Shown here: piece by piece, positions 1 through 9,956 of the stretch
Numbering within the stretch: the first letter of the stretch is position 1
How the letters are laid out: the number at the start of each line of letters is the position of its first letter
From: Salinispira sp.
GTDB lineage: Bacteria; Spirochaetota; Spirochaetia; DSM-27196; Salinispiraceae
Length of the DNA: 64,000 nucleotides
Assembly (NCBI GenBank): GCA_965602015.1
Contig: OZ271918.1
Coordinates: 3,488,001 to 3,552,000 of the forward strand
Reading direction: 5' to 3'
The notes under the pieces: generated by a model
The model's database searches: none
What the model saw: the letters and a program-made list of their open reading frames with translations, nothing else
Told to the model about the DNA's origin: nothing
Translations under genes and position numbers: made by a program

Positions 1-766
1 GCGGACCGTTGTTGTTTCCCACATTGGTGCGTACAGCGCCGGGATGCATTGCATTAATGCTCAAGCCGAGCCCGTCAGCCGATTCAGATTTTGGCGGGTC
101 AGGCTCATTGCTCTCGCCTATCCCGCTGATCTGTTCGGCAAACTCCCAGGTGCACAGAAGTTGAGCGGTTTTCGCCGCCCCGTAGGCCCGCAAGCCCATA
201 TAGGGCCTGCGCTGCCAATCCAGATCATTGATATTAAGGCCGAAAAATCGGTGACCCTGGCTATTAACCTGAATAATCCTTCCCTTGCCCCGGGCTGTCA
301 TGCCCGGCAGCAGCGCCCTGGTGAGGATAAACGGGGAGAGATGATTTACCGCGAAGACCATTTCGAATCCTTCGGAGGTGAGTTCCCGGGTCGTCATGTG
401 GATTCCTGCGTTATTTACCAGGATGTCCGCCTGTTTGCCTCGGTCCAGGACCTGTTTTGCTGCCCTTGCAGTCTCGTTCAAACAGGAGAAATCCGCAGTA
501 ATAGAGTCGATTGAACCTGTTAATCCGGAATTCCGCAGTTCTGCTATGAGGGTTGTGGTCTTAGCGGGATTCCGGTTGATGAGCAACAGGTCGGCTCCGT
601 ATTCTCCCAGGCGGCGGGCCGCGGCCAGTCCGACGCCGGAGGTTGCCCCGGTTACAATTGCAAGCCGCCCGTCAAGCCGTTCTTCGCTGACAGCCGGCGG
701 CAGTTTGCCGTTTCGGATCACCTGCTGCATGTCCCTGAAGCTGTACTCTTTGAGGTATTTGAACAT
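1..766 (-). CDS. Short-chain dehydrogenase/reductase (SDR); 3' end runs off the window
   Basis: Manual minus-strand translation from ATG 766 gives MFKYLKEY...GRLAIVTGATSGVGLAAARRL, with the TGxxxGxG Rossmann motif. Not in the ORF track because the stop lies outside the window. Confidence 0.85.
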   Translation of the reverse strand, partial: MFKYLKEYSFRDMQQVIRNGKLPPAVSEERLDGRLAIVTGATSGVGLAAARRLGEYGADLLLINRNPAKTTTLIAELRNSGLTGSIDSITADFSCLNETARAAKQVLDRGKQADILVNNAGIHMTTRELTSEGFEMVFAVNHLSPFILTRALLPGMTARGKGRIIQVNSQGHRFFGLNINDLDWQRRPYMGLRAYGAAKTAQLLCTWEFAEQISGIGESNEPDPPKSESADGLGLSINAMHPGAVRTNVGNNNGP

Positions 767-767
767 A

Positions 768-1211
768 TCAGCCGAACTTTTTGCTCATGAATCGTCGATA
801 GGGCTTGGCAAACCAGGGGATGTTGTCGAATATGTCGCCCCATAAATCATAGTAATCCCGTTGATGGGTAATCATCCCGTGTTCATCAAGGCTCAGTTTT
901 GTTGTGCCGTACAGGGTTGAACTGGGGAATTTTTTAAACATCATGGTCATTTCCCACTGCATAAATACCGAACGTTCACCCATGACGATGTCGGGAATAT
1001 ACATGCGCAATTCCTTGCAGCGATCGGTGAGGCGCTGGCACAGCTCCTTGAAATTCTCCTTGCCTTCCACCTGCTGTATCGAGTCCTTGAACACGATGTC
1101 CTCGCGGTAGTAGGGGAAGATGTGTGACCAATCAGGTTTTCCGTGAGTGTTGTAGGTTTTCGACCAGAGTTCGAGTACCTGCTTGCTGTCGCGTAGCGAA
1201 TAGTCCGTCAT
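768..1211 (-). CDS. SnoaL-like / NTF2-family protein
   Basis: ORF 768..1223 has NTF2-like motifs (YREDIVFKDS, ITHQRDYYD). Start moved to ATG 1211, which follows SD GAGGA. Confidence 0.8.
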   Translation of the reverse strand: MTDYSLRDSKQVLELWSKTYNTHGKPDWSHIFPYYREDIVFKDSIQQVEGKENFKELCQRLTDRCKELRMYIPDIVMGERSVFMQWEMTMMFKKFPSSTLYGTTKLSLDEHGMITHQRDYYDLWGDIFDNIPWFAKPYRRFMSKKFG

Positions 1212-1264
1212 TATGTTCCTCATCTCGGGGGCTGCTCACCCGTGTATTTGAACCAGTTGCGGAA

Positions 1265-2125
1265 TCAGTAAAATGCCGGTTCCGGGGGGAAAATATCTTC
1301 CCTAATCGCCAGCAGGGCCTGGCGTCCTTCCATGCGGGAATCCACAGGCACCAGAATGACGGGGTTCAGTCCCGGGTCGGCATTCTGGATATTGTTGGAC
1401 GGCTGACGCAGAATCCTCATATTTGCATCGATGACGAACTGCTCCGACAGGTCTTCCACATGCCCGGTAATGCGGCCGTCCCGCTGAAGGGTGAGGTAGT
1501 AGCGGTAGATCTCTCTTCGGGTGATGTATATCTCACCGGAAATAATCCCTCCAATGGTAATGCCCACCGTAACGCCGGGCTTGCCGTCATTGTCCGCATC
1601 GATAATGTTCGGATCGTTCGGGTTCCGGGAAAGAGCCATAGACGGATCTCCCGTGATGCCCAGGAGAACCGGAGTTTCCGGGCGGTACATCCGCCAAAGG
1701 CCGTCCACAAATTCGAGCTCCACCTCCCGGGGTTCCGGCTCGATGGCTTCAACGGCGGCGGGGTCGAATCGGGTCTGGACATTTTGCTGATTAAGAATAT
1801 AACTGGCAAAGAGAAAATCGTTGTACTGGTACAATCTGTCCCCTTCAGCGACGAAGTCGGTGTACCCGTAGCTGACAATGAAGCTCCGCATTGCCGTCCT
1901 GGTGCTGTTATCCTCATACGCTACAACATCAAAATGAGCATATCGGCCGCTTATCGCCTCAATGGCTTCATTCCTGGTTTGGGGGTATCGGTTTCCCGAA
2001 TCGGGGAATTGCAGATCATAAAGGGGGGAATCGGGCCAATTCTTGGGGCCGCCGCACGAGACAAGGGTCATGAAAAATGCGGCGGTGAATATCGCATAAG
2101 CGACGCCTTTGGTTCTATGGTCCAT
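1265..2125 (-). CDS. Hypothetical lipoprotein
   Basis: Signal peptide with lipobox LVSC after ATG 2125. Contains one DADNDGKPG Ca-binding-like loop. Confidence 0.7.
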   Translation of the reverse strand: MDHRTKGVAYAIFTAAFFMTLVSCGGPKNWPDSPLYDLQFPDSGNRYPQTRNEAIEAISGRYAHFDVVAYEDNSTRTAMRSFIVSYGYTDFVAEGDRLYQYNDFLFASYILNQQNVQTRFDPAAVEAIEPEPREVELEFVDGLWRMYRPETPVLLGITGDPSMALSRNPNDPNIIDADNDGKPGVTVGITIGGIISGEIYITRREIYRYYLTLQRDGRITGHVEDLSEQFVIDANMRILRQPSNNIQNADPGLNPVILVPVDSRMEGRQALLAIREDIFPPEPAFY

Positions 2126-2179
2126 GTCATTACTATACCGGCTTTGATCAGCTCTGACCAATGAAATTACTCGGCTGGT

Positions 2180-3613
2180 TTACAACTCATCGTGCTTGCT
2201 GCGGTCCAAGGCCCAGATCTGACTGCCCCGGGCAAAGGCCTTCTTTCTTGCCAGAATCATGTACCAGGCTGTGGTGACCACAATATACCCTGCGGCTACG
2301 CCAAGGCCCGCCAGAAACCACCGCATGTCTCCGGTTTGATAGGCCTTAGCCGGGAAGTTAATCGCGAGGATAAAGGGAATGGCGGCGACGAAGGTGATGC
2401 CCGAAGCGTAACTGTAATCAGATGCCACCGGGGTTTCGAACTCCGGATCCAACACCCGAAGCAATGCCAGCCCGGTTGTGAGGGTTCCGGTGCATGCGCC
2501 GTATATAATTATAGTGCGTAAAAAGCGGTTATCGCTGAACACCCGGGATCCCATCCAGGGAATCACCGTCAAAATAATCGCGGTTCCCACGACTGCCGTA
2601 ATGACGATGGGCAATAAATATCTTACCGCAACCACCAGGCTGATGGCGGCGATGGAGCTGGTAACCATAAAATCGACGGAAATTCCCGAGACCCGGCTGA
2701 GCATGGCGTTGTCCAGAATATGGTCGACCTTGAGGCGATTCATAATGTGGCGAATCAGAAGTCCCATGAGTGCGGCGAAAATGAAGCTTATGCCCCAGAG
2801 ATTGGTGGCTAATTCGGTCCCCATCGGTCCGGCGAATGCCAGGAGCCAACCCATACCCTTAAGGAACAGATAGCTCATCAAATACGTAAACAGCACGAAC
2901 ATCATGTTCGCCGTAAGGGAGTCGATGGCTTCGGTCTGGGTGGTCTGATATGAGCCCGGGCTCAGGCGGCTGCTCCGGGAGAAAATACCGGTCTGAACGT
3001 CGCTACGTTTGATTTTCCTCATGTAATCCGGACTAATCCAGTGATGGCGGATTCCATAGTGTATGAGAAAGATACCGCCGAAGCTCGCCATGATGAACCC
3101 CAGAGCGGCGAAGGTAAGTCCGACGGTGCCCGCATCCTCAATTCCGAACACCCGCCAGCCTTCGCCGATCGCAAAGGCCTGACCGGGGCCCAACGCGAAT
3201 CCCAGGGGGAAGAGGAAGCCGAAGCTGTGGAACAGGTCCGGCATTATGGTATTCATAAAAATAAAGGTGAGGACGATTCCCAGAAATGCCTGAACGCCGT
3301 ATTGATTAAGGACGATAACCGCCTGGGCCTGTCGGTTTCGGCCAGCCCCGCTGCTGCGGGTGGTTTTGCGAAGGGTGAGGGCGATGAAGGACATGCTCAG
3401 CAGGTGATAGGCGATTTCCCCCAAATACTCCTGGGTAAATCCCATGCGGGGGAAGACGAAATTATAGAGGGGAAGCAGAATAAAGCCGGCGACTATCGAG
3501 TTCGGAATAAGATAGCGCTGAAGGAAGCGGATTCGCGAACGCAGGAAGGTCGCGATTATCAATCCGATGGCGATAATGCCCGCATGGATGTAAAAATTCC
3601 AGTTGAAAGACAT
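2180..3613 (-). CDS. Sodium/glutamate symporter (GltS/ESS) family protein
   Basis: 477-aa polytopic membrane protein with IPNSIVAG, GFALGPGQA and GTLTTGLALLRVLDP motifs. SD GGAGG upstream. Confidence 0.75.
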   Translation of the reverse strand: MSFNWNFYIHAGIIAIGLIIATFLRSRIRFLQRYLIPNSIVAGFILLPLYNFVFPRMGFTQEYLGEIAYHLLSMSFIALTLRKTTRSSGAGRNRQAQAVIVLNQYGVQAFLGIVLTFIFMNTIMPDLFHSFGFLFPLGFALGPGQAFAIGEGWRVFGIEDAGTVGLTFAALGFIMASFGGIFLIHYGIRHHWISPDYMRKIKRSDVQTGIFSRSSRLSPGSYQTTQTEAIDSLTANMMFVLFTYLMSYLFLKGMGWLLAFAGPMGTELATNLWGISFIFAALMGLLIRHIMNRLKVDHILDNAMLSRVSGISVDFMVTSSIAAISLVVAVRYLLPIVITAVVGTAIILTVIPWMGSRVFSDNRFLRTIIIYGACTGTLTTGLALLRVLDPEFETPVASDYSYASGITFVAAIPFILAINFPAKAYQTGDMRWFLAGLGVAAGYIVVTTAWYMILARKKAFARGSQIWALDRSKHDEL

Positions 3614-3758
3614 AGAACCTCCGTTCCGGTTTGAATCAGGGGGTTCTCTAAGTATAGGGCAAAAACTCTTTTCTGTGGTTCCCGTCCGGCACTCGCCGCT
3701 CTCATTCTGCGGATCCGGGCCGGCATTGGAGCTGTTCCCCCGCCGGCGTTATTCCGCC

Positions 3759-4805
3759 TTATCGTATGGCTATTATCGCGCCTTTCCTCGGATCGCCGAG
3801 GCTGCCGATGCTGGCGGCATTCAGGCCTTCGGCGAGGAGAATTTCCTCAACCTGTGCTGAGGCTTCCTCAGCCGCGCTGATGAGCAAGCCACCGCTGGTT
3901 TGGGCGTCCGCCAGGATGATTTTTCGGTAATCCGACGGATTGAGGTCCACATGGGGCTTGCAATAGTTCCAGTTTCGTTTGGTTCCCCCGGGAATCTGAC
4001 CCTGAGATATATAATCCTGAACGGGGTCAAGCACGGGCACCGCTTCGAAATTGATTTCCGCGGAAACCCCGCTTCCCCGGCAGATTTCAAGCAGGTGGCC
4101 TAAAAGGCCAAAACCCGTAACATCGGTCATGGCGTGAACGCCGGAAATCGCCCCCATTCGGCTCCCGACCTTGTTGAGGCGGAGCATGGTTTCCGGTCCG
4201 AGGCGGCCATGCTCCGGTTTGAGGGCGCCGTTTTTTTGTGCGGTGGACAGAACGCCGATGCCCAGGGGCTTGGTGAGGTAGAGTCTGTCCCCCGGCATGG
4301 CCTTGTCGTTTCGTTTGAGCTCAGGCAGATTTACCAGCCCGTTCACCGCAAGTCCGAAGAGGGGTTCGGGATTGTCAATGCTATGCCCTCCGGCCAGAGG
4401 TATGCCCGCGTCGGCGCATGCCCTCCTGCCGCCTTCAACCACCCGGTTTGCGCTTTGGGTGTCCAGGGTGCCCAGCGGCCAGCCGAGAATGGCGATGGCG
4501 ACGATAGGTTTTCCACCCATGGCGTACACGTCGCTGAGGGCATTGGTTGCGGCGATTCGCCCGAATTCAAAGGGATCGTCGACGATGGGCAGGAAAAAAT
4601 CCGTCGTGCTTATCAGGCCCCTGCCGTCACCCAGATCGAATACTGCCGCATCGTCCCTGCTGTCATTGCCGACGATGAGATTGGGAAAGACCCAGGACTC
4701 CCGGGATGTTTGCAGCACTTCTTCAAGGACTGCGGGAGACAGTTTGCATCCGCAGCCGGCGCCGTGGCTGTATTGGGTTAATTTGGGTTCGACCTGGTCA
4801 TTCAA
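3759..4805 (-). CDS. selD: Selenide, water dikinase (selenophosphate synthetase), Cys form
   Basis: LTQYSHGAGCGCK, TTDFF, NALSDVYAMGG, DVTGFGLLGH and DAQTSGGLL motifs. Likely TTG start at 4805 after AGGAG. Confidence 0.95.
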   Translation of the reverse strand: MNDQVEPKLTQYSHGAGCGCKLSPAVLEEVLQTSRESWVFPNLIVGNDSRDDAAVFDLGDGRGLISTTDFFLPIVDDPFEFGRIAATNALSDVYAMGGKPIVAIAILGWPLGTLDTQSANRVVEGGRRACADAGIPLAGGHSIDNPEPLFGLAVNGLVNLPELKRNDKAMPGDRLYLTKPLGIGVLSTAQKNGALKPEHGRLGPETMLRLNKVGSRMGAISGVHAMTDVTGFGLLGHLLEICRGSGVSAEINFEAVPVLDPVQDYISQGQIPGGTKRNWNYCKPHVDLNPSDYRKIILADAQTSGGLLISAAEEASAQVEEILLAEGLNAASIGSLGDPRKGAIIAIR

Positions 4806-4829
4806 TGGGTTCTCTCCTTCTTGCCGCAT

Positions 4830-5885
4830 CTATATGTGCCGCCTCAATTGTGCCGCCTCCGTCCTTACTGTATCCAGGAGCAGATCGGCGTTCTCTTCCG
4901 GATCGGTTCCGGGTGCGGGAATAACGCTGATGAGTGCGGCATCCCGGCGTTCCATGCTTCGCCTGTAGGCTTTGTCGTAGTATTGCAGGCAGATGCCCGC
5001 GGCCTCGCTTATGTTTCCCCCGTCTAATGCATTGTGCGCCATGGCAGTGCGTTCGCCCCCGAGTCTTTTTGCAATCATGTCGACCGCTGCGCCCAGGGCC
5101 TCCCGGGGAAAGCCGCCATAGATTTTGCACAATAATTGGATTCGCTTGTCCACCGGCACATCGAGGAAATAAAGCCGGCTGTGTGTCATTTTATCGAAGA
5201 GGGCCTTGGGCACGGCGACCCGGCCGATGTTTGTGCTCTCGTCTTCGAGCCAGATGGTCTGTCCTAAATCGAGGGATTGTAGAGCCGTAAAAAGCTGGTT
5301 CTCAAACTGCTCGTTTCGAGGTTGGGATTCCTCCCCCAGTGAGCCGAAGGCCGAGCCCTTGTGCCTGGCCAGACCCTCGAGATCGACCGTTTGGTAACCG
5401 CGCTCTTGAAGTACCTGTAGAACCCGGGTTTTTCCGCTGCCAGTGTATCCGCCGAGGACGGACAAGGACATCGGTTCGCTGAACAGCTCCAGAACCACGC
5501 GGCGGAATGCCTTGTATCCTCCCTCGAGAACCAGAACCTGGGAAAATCCGTTAGATGCCAAATGGTCCGCGAAGGCCTGGCTGCGCATTCCTCCCCGCCA
5601 GCAGTGAACGGCGGCTTTACCGTCCGGTGCATGGCGGAGAGACTCATCGATAAACTGTTCTAGCTTTGGCTGGACAAAATCCCTGCCCAGGGTGACTGCC
5701 GCTTCACGGCCCTGTTTTTTGTAGACGGTCCCGACCTCCGCCCGCTGCATATCGGAAAAAAGAGGAATAGTGCACGAGCCGGGAATATGGCCCTTGGCAT
5801 ACTCTCCCGGAGACCGGACGTCAATGAGTGGAACCGACTTGTGTTCTCGATAAAATTGCTCGATTGAAATGCGTGTTACGGCTAT
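4830..5885 (-). CDS. selU: tRNA 2-selenouridine(34) synthase
   Basis: CWRGGMRS rhodanese motif, P-loop GYTGSGKT, DLEGLARHKGSAFG. The frame stays open upstream of the listed ATG 5750 through LIDVRSPGEYAKGHIPG. Probable start is AUA at 5885. Confidence 0.9.
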   Translation of the reverse strand: MAVTRISIEQFYREHKSVPLIDVRSPGEYAKGHIPGSCTIPLFSDMQRAEVGTVYKKQGREAAVTLGRDFVQPKLEQFIDESLRHAPDGKAAVHCWRGGMRSQAFADHLASNGFSQVLVLEGGYKAFRRVVLELFSEPMSLSVLGGYTGSGKTRVLQVLQERGYQTVDLEGLARHKGSAFGSLGEESQPRNEQFENQLFTALQSLDLGQTIWLEDESTNIGRVAVPKALFDKMTHSRLYFLDVPVDKRIQLLCKIYGGFPREALGAAVDMIAKRLGGERTAMAHNALDGGNISEAAGICLQYYDKAYRRSMERRDAALISVIPAPGTDPEENADLLLDTVRTEAAQLRRHI

Positions 5886-5976
5886 GGGCTCAGCCCTCCG
5901 AATTGCATTGTAGCCCGAGGGCGCAGCCCTGTATATGCGGGTTTGCTGTCAATGTTCGCGGGTAATTCGCTGTGAC

Positions 5977-7422
5977 TCAGATGCAGGAAAAGCGAACGCT
6001 TCGGTTCTTCCCCAGGTCTTTTGCCCGGTAGAGGGCCTGGTCGGCCCGGAATATCAGCAGGTCCGGTTCCTTCCGATCCTCATGGCGGAACTCGGCGCAG
6101 CCCAGGCTTACGGTTACCCGCTCCTCTTGCTGGGTAAATGCATTTTCAACCGCCCTGCGTATGCGCTCGGCAATGCGTTCAGCCTGGCCCTCGTCGCTGT
6201 GAGTGAGGATGGCGGCAAACTCTTCTCCCCCGAAACGCGCCAGATAATCGGCATTTCGGAGCTGGTCCTGGGCGGTCTCGCAGACCTTCCTGAGAACCGA
6301 GTCCCCATACAGGTGACCCTTTCTGTCGTTAACCTTTTTGAAATCATCGAGATCGAAGAGAATCAGCGACATTTTCATATCGTGCCGTATGGATAAATCC
6401 ATCTCGCGCTGCAGCATTTCGTACATCCAGCGCCGGTTGTATATGCCTGTAAGCGGATCGCGGATTGAGATTTTCTTCATTTCTTCGAAGAGTTGGGCGT
6501 TTCTCAGGGCTATGGCAACATGATTGGCGAAATTCTGACCGCTCTGCATTTCCCTCTGGGTGAAATACGGACCGTCAACGCGGTCGAAGGTCATTACGCC
6601 AACCAGTTCCTGTCGGTGGATCAGGGGGAGTCCCATCCAGCAGGAAACCCTGCGTTCCGCCACCCGGGAAAATCCCGGGAAACGAATGTCCGGATCCTCA
6701 TTGAGGACTAGGGGCGCACGATTCTCCACTACTTCGGTGTTGGGGTTGTCGCCGGGGATGGCAAACCTCAAACCCATTAGCTTGTCCAAGGAATCGAACC
6801 CCCGTCCCCCGGCAATTTCCAGGTGATCTCCTTCCATAATTTGGACCGATGCGCTGCTGAAGGGAATGACCTGCCGAGCCTGATCCAGAATGGCGTTTAT
6901 TGTATGTTTGAGATCCAGGTGGCTGTTTATAATTGCCGCGGCGGAAGCCAGGGTGGATGCCTCCTGGGCGAGATGCTCGGCGCGCTGTTTTTCCAGCATC
7001 TGTTCGGTCATGTCGTAGTCGAACCCGATATAGTGGCGAATGCTTCCGTCGGCATTCCGGGAAACCGTGAGGCTGGTCGAATACACCCAGCGCCATTGGC
7101 CGCCTCTGGTTTTGATTCTGAATAAGACGCCGTTATCCGCATCTGACCCGTTTTCAAGGTTCGCCAGCGCGGCCTTTAAATCTCCAACATCCTCGGGGTG
7201 GACATGCTCCATAAACCGCTGATCCCGCATCTCGCCTTCGTCATAGCCCCATCGGTACCAGTACTTGTTCGGGTAGACGACTCCGTGCTCCCGGTCCTGG
7301 ATAAACAGTCCGAGTTCCCGAAGTTTCGCAATAAAAAGCGGGAGATCGATTTGCAGTGCGAATTTTGCCATGTCCTTCCGGATTCGCTCTTCAGGACTGT
7401 CATTTTTTACGCGATCATTCAT
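5977..7422 (-). CDS. PAS-GAF-GGDEF diguanylate cyclase
   Basis: PAS3 region (VHPED, WRWV), GAF region, and DPLTG...FKKVND...RFGGEEF. Confidence 0.9.
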   Translation of the reverse strand: MNDRVKNDSPEERIRKDMAKFALQIDLPLFIAKLRELGLFIQDREHGVVYPNKYWYRWGYDEGEMRDQRFMEHVHPEDVGDLKAALANLENGSDADNGVLFRIKTRGGQWRWVYSTSLTVSRNADGSIRHYIGFDYDMTEQMLEKQRAEHLAQEASTLASAAAIINSHLDLKHTINAILDQARQVIPFSSASVQIMEGDHLEIAGGRGFDSLDKLMGLRFAIPGDNPNTEVVENRAPLVLNEDPDIRFPGFSRVAERRVSCWMGLPLIHRQELVGVMTFDRVDGPYFTQREMQSGQNFANHVAIALRNAQLFEEMKKISIRDPLTGIYNRRWMYEMLQREMDLSIRHDMKMSLILFDLDDFKKVNDRKGHLYGDSVLRKVCETAQDQLRNADYLARFGGEEFAAILTHSDEGQAERIAERIRRAVENAFTQQEERVTVSLGCAEFRHEDRKEPDLLIFRADQALYRAKDLGKNRSVRFSCI

Positions 7423-7495
7423 GTCGGCCGTTTTTTGTCGTCATAGGTAATAGACATTATACCTGATATAAAATAATTGGGGAATTATTAGGCAG

Positions 7496-7529
7496 AAAAA
7501 AACGGCGGAGACAATGCTCCGCCGTTTTT
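7496..7529 (-). terminator. Rho-independent terminator (possibly bidirectional)
   Basis: Stem CGGCGGAG/CTCCGCCG flanked by A7 and T5 runs, just downstream of the ABC operon and small gene. Confidence 0.85.
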
Positions 7530-7559
7530 CCATTCCTCTGACTGCTGACCGCTGGATCG

Positions 7560-7763
7560 TCAGGCGATAAAGAAGGTTATCCAGATTCCAAACCCAATTG
7601 CAATGAGGCCCCAAATGGAGAAGAAGATCGTGGTCCCTGTTTCACCAAGGAGTTTGACGAAGCCCTGGACCTTGCCCAGTTTCCAGATCGGCTCAAACTT
7701 GAACACTCCGATAACGATACAGGCTACTCCATAAACCAGCAGAAAAATTCCTAAAAACAACAT
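7560..7763 (-). CDS. Small two-TM membrane protein
   Basis: 67 aa with two hydrophobic helices. SD AAGGAG upstream. Confidence 0.75.
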   Translation of the reverse strand: MLFLGIFLLVYGVACIVIGVFKFEPIWKLGKVQGFVKLLGETGTTIFFSIWGLIAIGFGIWITFFIA

Positions 7764-7819
7764 ATGCGCTCCTTCCGGGTTTGTACCCGATTCTATACCG
7801 GCGGATAGCCGGTCTGCTT

Positions 7820-8875
7820 TTATGCAACCGTCGAGAGTCCTTTGGCAATTTTTCCCCTAAGCAGCAGGAAGTATACACCTGCCACGGCGAAGGCGGTGCC
7901 GGACTTCCAGATTACCGATATCCAGTCCGCCGTCTGGGTGAAAATTCCTTCGAGGATGTCGTAGGTCCAGTACATCGGTGACCACCAGACGACCCAGTGC
8001 CAGTTGCGGGGAAGAAGGGTGGCTCCGAGAATGGCGAAAATAAACACCATTGAACCGACCTTCCCGATCCCCATAGCCTCTACTTCATTCTTGCCCATCC
8101 CCCCGATAAAGAGTCCGAATACCAGGGCCGATGAAAATGACAGGATTATAACCACGATCATCTGGAGGATGTTTATCCCCGCCAGACCTAAAACAAACAC
8201 CGCAATTACCGAGTAGACAAGAGTGACCAGGAAGGGGAACAGGCTCCTGCCGACATAATAGTCCGCCGTTGAAACCGGACTGGTCCTCAATGCCAGAATG
8301 GTGCCTTGATCCTTGTCCTCAACAATCGCCAGGCCCATGATAAATGCCACCATGATGTTTATGAAGACGATGAATATCGAACCGCCCATTGTCGCCACCG
8401 GCGAAATTGCCGTTCGATCCGACAGTTCCGCGGGGACTCCCGAGCTGAAGCTGGTGATTCGGGGGATATCGGGATAATTCTCCGACAGGTACAGCTGACG
8501 AATGAAGCGGGTGGTGATAGTGAAGCTTTCGTTCTCCACGCCGGTTCGCTCGACCACCGAGACATATTGCCCGTTCAGAGGGTCCCAATACAGCCCCTCC
8601 AGCTCGCCCACCGCCCGAAGCCGCCGTTCCATTTCTTCAGTGGTCGCATGTGGAATTACCTCGCCTATTTCCGCAAGCACGTCGATGACCGATTGATCCA
8701 CGGCGTTGGGCCCCTGAGTGACCACTGCGAATTTCGCCGTGGTGCTGTCTACCGCCGGAAGAAAGCTGCGAAGTATCAGCAGTATGACTATGGGCACAAT
8801 CATGAGGTATGCGCCCATGAAATTCTTGAAACTCATGCGGATATCGAATATGAAAATTCGCCATAGCTGTTTCAT
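7820..8875 (-). CDS. ABC-2 type transporter permease
   Basis: N-terminal TM, extracytoplasmic loop, EDKDQGT motif, several C-terminal TMs. Confidence 0.85.
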   Translation of the reverse strand: MKQLWRIFIFDIRMSFKNFMGAYLMIVPIVILLILRSFLPAVDSTTAKFAVVTQGPNAVDQSVIDVLAEIGEVIPHATTEEMERRLRAVGELEGLYWDPLNGQYVSVVERTGVENESFTITTRFIRQLYLSENYPDIPRITSFSSGVPAELSDRTAISPVATMGGSIFIVFINIMVAFIMGLAIVEDKDQGTILALRTSPVSTADYYVGRSLFPFLVTLVYSVIAVFVLGLAGINILQMIVVIILSFSSALVFGLFIGGMGKNEVEAMGIGKVGSMVFIFAILGATLLPRNWHWVVWWSPMYWTYDILEGIFTQTADWISVIWKSGTAFAVAGVYFLLLRGKIAKGLSTVA

Positions 8876-8876
8876 A

Positions 8877-9947
8877 TCAGGCCTCCTTCCGTATGCGGAC
8901 AGTAAAGAATGCCGCGGTTACCGGACCCAGCACCGCAGCCAATAGGGCGAGAACTCCGGCGCTCCGCCAGATTAGGTCGGCATTATTGTCGGGGAACATG
9001 GCCGCATCCAGTCCGAACAGGCTGTGAAACGTCGGTATGAGCTGTATCCATCCCGGTGAAAAAACCGGATTCAGGAGCGATACCCCCGGCAGGGCAAATA
9101 TCAGCATGAGTACGAAGACCCAGCCGATAGCCTCCATCGGACCCTTGTAAAATGACGCCAGGAAAATCCCAATGGACGACATGGCCAGAACCGTTACGAT
9201 CATTACCAGAAGGCCCTCCAGGTATCCCGCAAAACCCATTATGGGAAGGTAGATGATGGAGAAATTGAGAACGCTCACCGCAGTTATTACCAGGTGCTTG
9301 CTGAAGACGAACATGCCCAAACCGGAGGGTGACAGTCGGTAAGCCCTGATTGTGGCGTCCATCCTCTCCTGGCCGATGAGGGACACCATGGCGAATAATC
9401 CTATTAGCCCGATATTGAAGACGATGACCGGCGGCAGCAGCTGCTTGTTAAAGGCAGGAATTACCTGCTCACCGCGTTCCAGGGCTTCGACCCGTACAGA
9501 GGCGTACACATCGGCGGGGTATCTGCCGGCGGGAGGGTGCAGAATGTTCATCAGGTCCTCAAGATCCACTTCCAGGTAATCAACAAGGGCCTGCTTTGTG
9601 TAGGGCTGGGTAAGGGCTTCAATCTGATAGCGCCCGCCGGGGGCCGAATCGATAATCAGACCGATTGCGCTCCGGTCCTCTGTCATTCCGGCGATGAGTT
9701 CTTCCCGATCCGCGACATAGTATTCCCCCATGACCTGTTCATGATCCGGCACGTTTTCCTGTACAAAGCACTGGATTATGCCCGTATTGTCGAGTATATA
9801 TGCCCGGCCTTCGGTGCGCACATCTTCGGGAATCACAAACAAGAGCAGGAGCATGAATACAACGGAAAAGACGATTTCCAGCAGAAGAAAAATGTCCTTG
9901 AATCCAAGAACGATGTCCTTGCGCAGGAGATTAAGCAGTTTTTTCAT
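8877..9947 (-). CDS. ABC-2 type transporter permease
   Basis: Same architecture as its neighbour, with a QERMDATIRAY motif. Confidence 0.85.
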   Translation of the reverse strand: MKKLLNLLRKDIVLGFKDIFLLLEIVFSVVFMLLLLFVIPEDVRTEGRAYILDNTGIIQCFVQENVPDHEQVMGEYYVADREELIAGMTEDRSAIGLIIDSAPGGRYQIEALTQPYTKQALVDYLEVDLEDLMNILHPPAGRYPADVYASVRVEALERGEQVIPAFNKQLLPPVIVFNIGLIGLFAMVSLIGQERMDATIRAYRLSPSGLGMFVFSKHLVITAVSVLNFSIIYLPIMGFAGYLEGLLVMIVTVLAMSSIGIFLASFYKGPMEAIGWVFVLMLIFALPGVSLLNPVFSPGWIQLIPTFHSLFGLDAAMFPDNNADLIWRSAGVLALLAAVLGPVTAAFFTVRIRKEA

Positions 9948-9956
9948 AGCTTCCTC

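Noticed and set aside
1124..2164. 346-aa plus-strand ORF and the many similar shadow ORFs
   Set aside because: They are antisense to well-supported genes and have no recognisable motifs, as expected in GC-rich DNA.
3759..5885. Selenocysteine (in-frame TGA/SECIS) in selD or its neighbours
   Set aside because: The active-site codons are TGC and I saw no conserved in-frame TGA.
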